Source: Candidatus Kerfeldbacteria bacterium (lineage in GTDB: Bacteria; Patescibacteriota; Patescibacteriia; UBA9570; XYC2-FULL-38-9). Taken from it: a stretch of 64,000 nt of DNA. A program made the translations under genes and the position numbers. Positions 29,711 through 37,946 of this stretch are shown piece by piece. A model generated the notes under the pieces. That model did no database searches and was not told the DNA's origin. It worked only from the letters and a program-made list of their open reading frames with translations. Each line of letters opens with the position of its first letter. The first letter of the stretch is position 1. The stretch covers positions 92,272 through 156,271 of the forward strand of contig JACPGJ010000008.1 in NCBI GenBank assembly GCA_016182555.1, read 5' to 3'.

Positions 29711-32104
29711 TTATTTATCCCGTAATTGAACGCCGAATTGTTTATTGAATACTGCCATTAACTGTTCACGCCACTGCTCCATTTCTTTCATTTCCAGAGT
29801 ACGCTGCCGCGATTGCATGACCATGCGCAATGAAATGCTTTTTTTACCAGCAGGAATTTTTCCACCGGTAAAAATATCAAACACCATGAGTGATTGCAAT
29901 AGCTCTCCTGCCTCTTGGCGAACAATCGATTCCACACTACTCCAAGCAAGGCCAGCATCGACAATAATAGAAAGATCTAAGGTGATGGCAGGATAAAGAG
30001 AGATTGGTTTCATTTTAGGTGCAACACCTCCGTGGGCATGTAACACAGGGATAGAAAGAGTAGCGAACGCAACCGGCATATCGATTCCCATACGTTTCAA
30101 TACATCAGGGTGAATTTCAGCAATAGTTCCCGCAATCGCTTCACCGGCGTTGACACGGAGCGCGCGCCCTTCAGCATAACTATTCCAAAATGGACAATCG
30201 GCTGTTTGATTGGTGAGCGTGGTGGTATAGGGAACATGTAATTCACGAAGCAACTGTTCCGCTATGCCACGAACCGTACGATACGCATCTGTTTTTTGCA
30301 TCACGACTATGCCAAGTTGACGCACTTCACGATCGGCAAAATAGACGTGGCCGATTTCAAAAAGTGCTAATTGTTTTTGATGTTGTTGGTTACGAACAAT
30401 ATTTTCAAGCATTCGTGGAAGCAAGTTCACACGCAAATATCGAAATTCATCAGAGAGCGGGTTGAGTATTTCGATATGTTCTTGTTTTGGATCAAACCCA
30501 ACCGCACGCATGAGCTCCTCTCCATAAAAAGAATAATTATACACTTCGGTGAGACCCATAACGGGTAACTTTTTTCGTATTTCCCATACCAATGGCAATT
30601 CCGGTTCGTGTTCTGGAACACGTAAAATACCGGTGAGGTTCTGTGGGGTAATACGGTCCAAACCGTATAGCCGAACAATCTCTTCAATAATATCTTCTGG
30701 AATATTCAAGTCACGGCGAAACCAAGGCGCGCTCACCTCAAGCGTGGTGACTCCGGCAGCAGTCGTGACATCGAGCTGACATTCTAACCGCTGCAACAAT
30801 TCTTGAATGTCCTTCATTGGAATAGCCACTCCAGCGAGTCGTTCAACATCCTCTGCCGTAAGCGTAATTGTTTTTAACTGTTCTTGTTGTGGATAAAGAT
30901 CGGTATACGCGACTACTTCGCCTGCGGCATGTTGCTGCAATAATTCAACGGTCCGCGCTGCCGCAACAGTACACAATTCCGCTGACGGATTCTTTTCAAA
31001 ACGCAGTGCGCTTTCCGTTCGAGTTCCCAACTTGACCGCAGCTTGCCGAACACGTACTGGTTCAAAATTCGCTATTTCTAGAATAATCCTTTTTGTTTGC
31101 GCGGTTACTCCTGAATCCAAACCACCAATCACGCCAGCAACCGCAATTGGTTGCTGAGTATCCGCAATCACAACAACAGATTCATCTAATAATTTTTCTT
31201 CTTTATCTAATGTGTGCATTTTTTCACCTACACGGGCGTTGCGGACAACAATCTTCCCACCGGTGACCCGGTCTGCATCAAAGGCATGCAATGGCTGGCC
31301 TAATTCCAGCATAACATAATTGGTAATATCCACCACATTGTTAATCGATTTTATTCCACACGCCTGTAAACGTTGCTGTATATGCACAGGAGTGTTACCG
31401 ACCGCAACATTCAGTTCAATGCCAATATAGCGCCGACAACCAGTAGCTTTATCAATTTGAATATCTAATTTTCCTAAGCCCGTTGGTATGGCTTGAGATG
31501 TCGCATAAACAAATGGCACGCCAAAGACTGCCGCCATTTCGCGTGCCATACCGACGTGTGAAAACAGATCGGGCCGGTGCGTCATGGATTTATTATCAAT
31601 ATCAATGAGTGCATCGTTATTGCCCAGTGCTTGAGCGAGCGGTGTACCAACAGCAATATTCAAATGCGTGAGGTTCAATATTTCACGTTCTTCTTTTTTC
31701 GGAAATTCCGCAGACAAATCTAATTCATCTGATGAGCAAATCATGCCACGTGATTCTACGCCACGAATTGTTGCGGCTTCAAGAGTGATAGGCTCCCCTT
31801 CTCCATGCCAACGCACACGTGCGCCAACGGTGGCCACCGCGACATCCATTCCTTCGCTAAGGTTCACGCCGCCACAAACAATTCGTTCCACACTACTTCC
31901 TATATTGACCCGGCATACACTTAAACGATCGGCATTTGGGTGTTTTTCCACATGCTCGATCCGACCAACCACCACCCCACTATACGCTGCGCCAGATTCA
32001 ATACCTTCAACCTCTACTGAATGCGTAGTCAATTCTGCCATAATTTTTTCTGTGCTCGGAAGCTGTGGCGCAAATTCTTGCAACCATGAGTAAGAAAATT
32101 TCAT
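29711..32104 (-). CDS. pheT: Phenylalanine--tRNA ligase beta subunit
   Basis: HPNADRL, RGVESRGMICS, NNVVDITNY, FDX-ACB C-terminus. Confidence 0.97.
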   Translation of the reverse strand: MKFSYSWLQEFAPQLPSTEKIMAELTTHSVEVEGIESGAAYSGVVVGRIEHVEKHPNADRLSVCRVNIGSSVERIVCGGVNLSEGMDVAVATVGARVRWHGEGEPITLEAATIRGVESRGMICSSDELDLSAEFPKKEEREILNLTHLNIAVGTPLAQALGNNDALIDIDNKSMTHRPDLFSHVGMAREMAAVFGVPFVYATSQAIPTGLGKLDIQIDKATGCRRYIGIELNVAVGNTPVHIQQRLQACGIKSINNVVDITNYVMLELGQPLHAFDADRVTGGKIVVRNARVGEKMHTLDKEEKLLDESVVVIADTQQPIAVAGVIGGLDSGVTAQTKRIILEIANFEPVRVRQAAVKLGTRTESALRFEKNPSAELCTVAAARTVELLQQHAAGEVVAYTDLYPQQEQLKTITLTAEDVERLAGVAIPMKDIQELLQRLECQLDVTTAAGVTTLEVSAPWFRRDLNIPEDIIEEIVRLYGLDRITPQNLTGILRVPEHEPELPLVWEIRKKLPVMGLTEVYNYSFYGEELMRAVGFDPKQEHIEILNPLSDEFRYLRVNLLPRMLENIVRNQQHQKQLALFEIGHVYFADREVRQLGIVVMQKTDAYRTVRGIAEQLLRELHVPYTTTLTNQTADCPFWNSYAEGRALRVNAGEAIAGTIAEIHPDVLKRMGIDMPVAFATLSIPVLHAHGGVAPKMKPISLYPAITLDLSIIVDAGLAWSSVESIVRQEAGELLQSLMVFDIFTGGKIPAGKKSISLRMVMQSRQRTLEMKEMEQWREQLMAVFNKQFGVQLRDK

Positions 32105-32113
32105 AATCGTGTA

Positions 32114-33169
32114 TTAAAACTGTTCAAGAAAGCGAGTGTCATTCTCCATAAACAATCGAATATCCGGTATACCATATTTCAACATCGCCAAGCGCATAGG
32201 GCCCATACCAAAGGCAAAACCGGTGTATTTGCCTGCCTGGTAGCCGGCCGCTTTGAACACATTCGGGTGAATCATTCCCGAACCGCCCATTTCTAACCAC
32301 CCGGTTTGTTTACACACACGGCACCCTTTCTGTTCGCAAAACAAGCATGACATATCCACTTCATAACTCGGTTCAGTAAATGGAAAATACCCAGGCCGCA
32401 AACGAATCTTCACCGGTTTTTTATACAACTGTTGAAATAATTCGCGCAATGTCCAAAATAAATGGCCAATGGTAATATCGGTATCGACAATAAACCCTTC
32501 CATTTGGTAGAGCGTAAATTCATGCGAGGCATCGGTGGCTTCATTGCGAAATGCGCGGCCGGGAATAATACAACGCAGAGGCGGTTGAAATTCTTCCATA
32601 ACTCGCACTTGCATGTTGGAAGTGTGTGTGCGCATCACCCATCCGCGATCTGTGGGAAACGAATGCTTTTCTGCGCGGGTAATTGGTGTTTTGATAAAAA
32701 ATGTATCTTGAATATCTCGTGCCGGGTGATCTTGTGGAAAATTCAACGCTTCAAAATTATAAAAATCATTTTCCAATTCCGGGCCTTCATAAACCATAAA
32801 ACCCATGGAAGTAAAAATACTCATCAGTTCATCAAACACCTGAGTGAGCGGGTGAACGTGTCCCATGCGTGGAGGTAGGCCTGGTAGCGTTAAATCTTGC
32901 GCTGGCACATCAGAAGCACCAGAGCTCTGTGCAGCGCGAAGAAACGTTTCCAATTTCTCTTCTATTTCTAACCGTACCGCATTTGCTGCAGCACCAACCG
33001 TTTTTCTCTCTTCCGGCGGCAATGTTTTCACCGTACGCAATACTTCATTTAAGCGACCCGCTTTTCTACCCAAAAATTCTACACGGAGTGCTTCAATTTG
33101 TTCGGCGGTTTGTGCTTGTGCGGCCGCAGTGGTAAACGCCTGCTGTATCTCTTTTAATTGATCAATCAT
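32114..33169 (-). CDS. pheS: Phenylalanine--tRNA ligase alpha subunit
   Basis: HPARDIQDTF, RTHTS, YFPFTEPS, GFAFGMG. Confidence 0.98.
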   Translation of the reverse strand: MIDQLKEIQQAFTTAAAQAQTAEQIEALRVEFLGRKAGRLNEVLRTVKTLPPEERKTVGAAANAVRLEIEEKLETFLRAAQSSGASDVPAQDLTLPGLPPRMGHVHPLTQVFDELMSIFTSMGFMVYEGPELENDFYNFEALNFPQDHPARDIQDTFFIKTPITRAEKHSFPTDRGWVMRTHTSNMQVRVMEEFQPPLRCIIPGRAFRNEATDASHEFTLYQMEGFIVDTDITIGHLFWTLRELFQQLYKKPVKIRLRPGYFPFTEPSYEVDMSCLFCEQKGCRVCKQTGWLEMGGSGMIHPNVFKAAGYQAGKYTGFAFGMGPMRLAMLKYGIPDIRLFMENDTRFLEQF

Positions 33170-33582
33170 TGTTGGTGTTGTAATTTCTTTTTCTGGTAAA
33201 TACGTGCTTCAAGCGAACGAGCCAAGAAAAATCCTTCCAGAACCGCAAGGCCGAGGACAAGCAAGATCGGCATCCACCATACTAGCAGCTCTTCTTGAAT
33301 AAGCAATAACGTGAGGCACACGAGCAGGGCAAACCAAAATGATTGACGAAGCGAAATGCCAATGTAACGAAATGGAACGGTATTTCGTAAAAACACAAAC
33401 CGTAAGAAAAAACCAAGTAAATTCAGCGTACCCAACAAACCGAAAAATAAAGAGATAAAAAATAACATCATGCCCACAGTGCCAGCACTTTCTGGATCAA
33501 TACGATAAAGCACTAACATAAATGCGGTCCAACACAGCAGGGTCGTCAGCAGCATGGTCGCGATATACCGTTTGAGGGTCAT
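33166..33582 (-). CDS. Hypothetical 4-TM membrane protein
   Basis: Four hydrophobic helices; SLRQ motif; overlaps the pheS start. Confidence 0.75.
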   Translation of the reverse strand: MTLKRYIATMLLTTLLCWTAFMLVLYRIDPESAGTVGMMLFFISLFFGLLGTLNLLGFFLRFVFLRNTVPFRYIGISLRQSFWFALLVCLTLLLIQEELLVWWMPILLVLGLAVLEGFFLARSLEARIYQKKKLQHQQ

Positions 33583-33591
33583 AATAAATAA

Positions 33592-33642
33592 AGTATAACA
33601 AGTTTATAAAAAATTGACAAAAGACATTTTTTCTGTTATTAT
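33592..33642. promoter_or_regulatory. Back-to-back divergent promoters with overlapping -35 boxes
   Basis: Plus strand TTGACA(33614)-17-TATTAT; minus strand TTGTCA-17-TATACT. Confidence 0.65.
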
Positions 33643-33675
33643 GAATTTCATATATATCATTAACATAAGAACTTT

Positions 33676-34146
33676 ATGTCTTACGGTGAACGACCGAGGC
33701 TAAGCGGAGGTGCACAAAAAAGAATTATATCCGATTGGAGAGGTGTAGAAAGACAGGTTCCCTATAGTGTTGATGATATCGATCCACCTCATCCTGACCG
33801 ACAGAGAGAACGAAATGCATTAGAAACCAGATTCACGAATGGTCAGAGTGGTTTAAAAAATCAACTAGTCGAATTGCAAGGGATGAATAACGATACGGCA
33901 GAAGAATTGATCACTTTAATAAGTATTCATGTCTTCCGTGAATCTTCTCCTAAAGCCAAGGTGGCCACTCAAGCTGAATGGCGGTATAAAGAACAAGAAG
34001 CAAATATTCACAGAGAAGCGGACGAACGCGGTCAACAAGTTGTAACATTTATCAATGAACGCGCAGCAAATCTTGCTGCCACAAAAAAAGTAGTGCGGGA
34101 ATTTTATACAGAAACTCTCGACTTTAAACCACCTGTTGGTTTATAA
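33676..34146 (+). CDS. Orphan helical protein
   Basis: 156-aa ORF downstream of a near-consensus promoter; no motif recognised. Confidence 0.55.
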   Translation: MSYGERPRLSGGAQKRIISDWRGVERQVPYSVDDIDPPHPDRQRERNALETRFTNGQSGLKNQLVELQGMNNDTAEELITLISIHVFRESSPKAKVATQAEWRYKEQEANIHREADERGQQVVTFINERAANLAATKKVVREFYTETLDFKPPVGL

Positions 34147-34154
34147 ATCTCAAA

Positions 34155-34886
34155 CTATTTTTCTGGGCTGTAAATATGGCGGAAGTCTGTATCTACAGAA
34201 CGATATTTTTTCTGAAAAAAATCATGCACACTCTTTCTTTGTTGGGGTGTCATTTCAATATCATCAGGTAAATTCTGATCCAAACGTTGAAATGCATTTG
34301 CGACTTCCATCAAATAAGATCGCCGATAAACATCAGTAATGCTGCTATCAGTTAATTCTTCAACTGATACACCAGTTTGCTTTGCAACAAATTTATTTAA
34401 CGCAGCGATGATTTCCGGAGTATGCTCTTCACAGTATTTCAATACTGTATTAACTATATTCACTGCTGTTCTCATTTTCAAATCTGCATGTTCTGAAACT
34501 GGGGATCGCCACCCGCCACTTGCCTGAATATGAATATGCATTGCCGGTTCAAGCTCTGTAGCATCAAGCATAGCTACTGCTTTTGCAATCTGGCAACCCA
34601 GAGCGTATGCTTCTGTGATCTGCATTAATACTATCGGACTCAATTCCACTTTAAGATTAGGAGTATCCTGGGGTTTTAGCCAATATTGCATATCCCATGG
34701 TGCATTTTGTTTTGTTTCATTCATTTGTGCGTTATTTCGCAACATAGTGTTCAATTGTGTAACCAATGCTCGTCTATCCTGAAGCCTTTCACGATTTTTT
34801 ACCGGTTCTGCTTCTACATCGATGTTTAATTCCAGTGGGGTGATTTTTTTCTCTATCCGGTTTCCATCTGAACCTGGCTCACGCAT
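34155..34886 (-). CDS. Orphan helical protein
   Basis: 243-aa ORF convergent with the previous gene; no motif recognised. Confidence 0.55.
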   Translation of the reverse strand: MREPGSDGNRIEKKITPLELNIDVEAEPVKNRERLQDRRALVTQLNTMLRNNAQMNETKQNAPWDMQYWLKPQDTPNLKVELSPIVLMQITEAYALGCQIAKAVAMLDATELEPAMHIHIQASGGWRSPVSEHADLKMRTAVNIVNTVLKYCEEHTPEIIAALNKFVAKQTGVSVEELTDSSITDVYRRSYLMEVANAFQRLDQNLPDDIEMTPQQRKSVHDFFQKKYRSVDTDFRHIYSPEK

Positions 34887-34961
34887 AAAATTTCTGATGA
34901 ATGATTATGAGAATATGTATATAATAAAACCAGTATTTTTGCAAAAAGCTATGTGAAATTG

Positions 34962-37937
34962 CTATGAACGAAATTCACAAATATCGCGGTAGTCACAAAA
35001 CTTACAGTGCATGCCTGGAGTGGCTGCAAATTTTCCGGAAAGAATTTTTTCAATCAAACCCAGTGCCCACTCGGAAACCGCTTCGAGTTTTTTTGCTTCA
35101 ATGGAGGTACTCATCGTGGTATTCTCTTCAATAAAATAATAGGTCAATTTGATGGGATCGAGTTCCATAATTTCACGCAGCGCCAACGCATACACATACA
35201 ACTGCTCCGTATCTTTTTTTCCGCTTTTCGGCGGTGTACCGGTTTTATAATCAATAATTTCGATCCCCTCTTCTGTTTCATCTACTCGGTCTATCGCCCC
35301 TTTCATCGTATACTCACCCAGCTTAAAATGGAATCCTTTTTCCAACATCATCACACGCGGCCATGCATGTTCATGAAGCGCATAGAATTTTTTTAACGCC
35401 GTTTTCCCTTTTTCATAATATTCTTCGCGACGTTTTTTATTCTCATACCATTCATTAATCCATTTCTGTTCATAAATTTCGAGTAAGGTATCCAGGTTGA
35501 GCTGACTTTTCAAATCTTTATGTGTTACCGTCGGAGTTGCCCCACCAAATAAATCACCCTGCTGCAATTCTTCGGCTTCTTTGAGGCGGCGAAAAAATTC
35601 GTACAGTGTCGCATGAATTGTTTTTCCAAATGAAAAGCTGGGCTTGCCTGGTGTTGGCACTTTCAAAATAAATGAAAAGCGATATTGCCACGGGCAGGTT
35701 TCGTACGCTTTCAACTGCGTGAAACTAAATGTCTTCGGTTTATGCGTTAGAGCTTCATCTTCTACGGCCGCATCCCCACCGGAAACGGTCACACCTGTTC
35801 CACCAAAAACCACTGCACCAGTCGGTTCGGGTTTGGTGTCCACAAACCCACACTCGATCAAAAACCGTGATGGTTTCTTTTTGCGCGCACCACCATAATC
35901 TTCACCACTCGTCAAAAATAACCCGGTTTTCGCGCGCGTCACGGCCACGTAAAATAATCGGCGTTCTTCTTCAATATGCCAATCCCCTTCTGGCACCATA
36001 TCTTTCACAATGGCATCTGGAACCGGTATTGCTTCTTTGCGTGCAATAGATGGAAATCGTTTATCCACCAAATTCACCACAAACACATATTCAAATTCTA
36101 ACCCTTTAGCGGCATGGATGGTCATTAACTTCACCGACTCTGGCCCGGCTTCCATATCTGCTTGCAACTTTCCTTCATCACCCGCTTCAATCATCAGTGT
36201 TAGTTCGTTGATAAAATTCCTCACCGTTTTTTCACTTTGTGCGCGTTCAAACGCGGTAATATATTTGTAAAATTGATTCAAGTATAAAATGAAATCAGCG
36301 CTCATGCGTTCGTCAAGCGTGGTCAACCATTTTAAATAACCAGATTGTTCAAGAAATGACAACGTGATCTCTCCAACCGTGCGGCTGCGCGCATCCAGTG
36401 CCAACCGATCGAGCAATGTCAATATCGTTTCAATTTGTGTGTATGTTTGAGCGTTCAAATCGAGCACGGCGCGAATGGTTCGACAACTTTCATATAATGA
36501 TTGCGTATGTTTGCGACCATATTCCAATATGCGTACAATATCGCTGTGCGGAATATTCCAGACGGTGTATGTGAGCACCCGATACATCGCCCGAGATTCA
36601 TGATAATTATCAAGTAATTTAAGAAAAGCGATCACATCGAGAATCACCGGTTTTGCAAATAGCCCTTTTGACGCAAGAAATTGATATGGAATACCAGCAC
36701 GCTCAAGGTATGGGATAAAGGTATTTGCTTGGTCATTTGCGCGAACCAAAATAGCAAAATCGCTCCAGGCTAATTCGGGTTGCGCTTCTTTTAATGCAAT
36801 CATTTTATCCGCCACCATCTTTGCTTCGCCATCAAGCGTTTGAGAATGCAGGTGTTCAATCGTTCCACTCGCAGGTATATTGCTTTGCAGGTGTTTGTTG
36901 ATATTGAGCGTTTTTTCAAGGCGATTCGGATTGTTGTGTTGAATGAATTCGTATGCCAAATCTAAAATATTTTGGCGAGAGCGATAATTTTGAATAAGCG
37001 ATACTTCGTATGAATCTGGAAAATCTTTTTTGAAAATAAGAATGTTACTCATCGAAGCGCCACGGAAACTATAAATGGATTGATCGTCGTCAGCCACAAC
37101 CGTAAGGTTATTGTGCGGCGCCGCGAGTAATTTAATCAAATCATATTGCGCAAAATTAGTGTCTTGAAATTCGTCAACCAGAATATATTTGAATTGTTTG
37201 CGATAATGCGCCAATAATGTTGGCCGCTCTTTTAATAAGTGAATTGTTTCAATAATGAGGTCACCAAAGTCGAGTGCTCCTTGAGCACGTAACACATCTT
37301 GATACTGTTTGTAGGCTCGGGCGACTTCCATGACTCTTCGTGCTTCGTGCAGAGAAGCCTCCGCTGAAGAGCCCTCCGCGTCAATTCCTCGAGAGCTTCG
37401 TTTGGCTTCGCCAATATCTAAATCTAAATGCAATTTTTCTGCATAGGCTAAATATTCTTGTGGGGTGATATCTTCATCTTTCAAGCGCGAAAAATGGGAA
37501 ATCAACGCTTGCACAAATTTTGTGGGGTTGCCTTTTGGGCGGTAATAATCTAACTCAAAATCATCAATATATTCACGAAGCAATAACGCTTGTTCAGTTT
37601 CACCGAGCAGCTTGAAGTCGTTCGGTAAGCCGACATCGATGGCGTGATCTTTCAATAATCGTTCACCGAATGCATGAAATGTGGAAATCCATAAGTCGAC
37701 GTAGCCCATACAAAGCAGCGCATCGACTCGCTCTTCCATTTCCCCTGCTGCTTTTTCGGTAAACGTAAGCGCCAAAATTTCTTCGGGTTTTGCTAAACCT
37801 TTTTCAATTAAATAGGCAATGCGTCGCGTAATGACCGTCGTTTTTCCCGTACCGGCTCCAGCAATAATCAAGAGCGGCCCGCTTTCATGCGTGACCGCCT
37901 CCTGCTGTTCTTTGTTCAACCCACTCAGAATATCCAT
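34962..37937 (-). CDS. UvrD/PcrA-type helicase fused to C-terminal PD-(D/E)XK Fe-S nuclease (AdnB/AddA-like)
   Basis: AGAGTGKT, DEFQD, QSIYSFRG, HAAKGLEF, YVAVTRA; CPWQY...GAIDRVD...IIDYKTG...CKFCDYRDIC. Confidence 0.92.
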   Translation of the reverse strand: MDILSGLNKEQQEAVTHESGPLLIIAGAGTGKTTVITRRIAYLIEKGLAKPEEILALTFTEKAAGEMEERVDALLCMGYVDLWISTFHAFGERLLKDHAIDVGLPNDFKLLGETEQALLLREYIDDFELDYYRPKGNPTKFVQALISHFSRLKDEDITPQEYLAYAEKLHLDLDIGEAKRSSRGIDAEGSSAEASLHEARRVMEVARAYKQYQDVLRAQGALDFGDLIIETIHLLKERPTLLAHYRKQFKYILVDEFQDTNFAQYDLIKLLAAPHNNLTVVADDDQSIYSFRGASMSNILIFKKDFPDSYEVSLIQNYRSRQNILDLAYEFIQHNNPNRLEKTLNINKHLQSNIPASGTIEHLHSQTLDGEAKMVADKMIALKEAQPELAWSDFAILVRANDQANTFIPYLERAGIPYQFLASKGLFAKPVILDVIAFLKLLDNYHESRAMYRVLTYTVWNIPHSDIVRILEYGRKHTQSLYESCRTIRAVLDLNAQTYTQIETILTLLDRLALDARSRTVGEITLSFLEQSGYLKWLTTLDERMSADFILYLNQFYKYITAFERAQSEKTVRNFINELTLMIEAGDEGKLQADMEAGPESVKLMTIHAAKGLEFEYVFVVNLVDKRFPSIARKEAIPVPDAIVKDMVPEGDWHIEEERRLFYVAVTRAKTGLFLTSGEDYGGARKKKPSRFLIECGFVDTKPEPTGAVVFGGTGVTVSGGDAAVEDEALTHKPKTFSFTQLKAYETCPWQYRFSFILKVPTPGKPSFSFGKTIHATLYEFFRRLKEAEELQQGDLFGGATPTVTHKDLKSQLNLDTLLEIYEQKWINEWYENKKRREEYYEKGKTALKKFYALHEHAWPRVMMLEKGFHFKLGEYTMKGAIDRVDETEEGIEIIDYKTGTPPKSGKKDTEQLYVYALALREIMELDPIKLTYYFIEENTTMSTSIEAKKLEAVSEWALGLIEKILSGKFAATPGMHCKFCDYRDICEFRS
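37371..37415. repeat. Repeat family B, partial copy inside the helicase CDS
   Basis: 38/45 identical to intergenic 58336-58380. Confidence 0.8.
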
Positions 37938-37946
37938 CTATTTTCA

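Noticed and set aside
34962-35750. Cas4-like four-Cys nuclease as a CRISPR component
   Set aside because: It is the fused C-terminal domain of an AdnB/AddA-like repair helicase; no cas genes are present.
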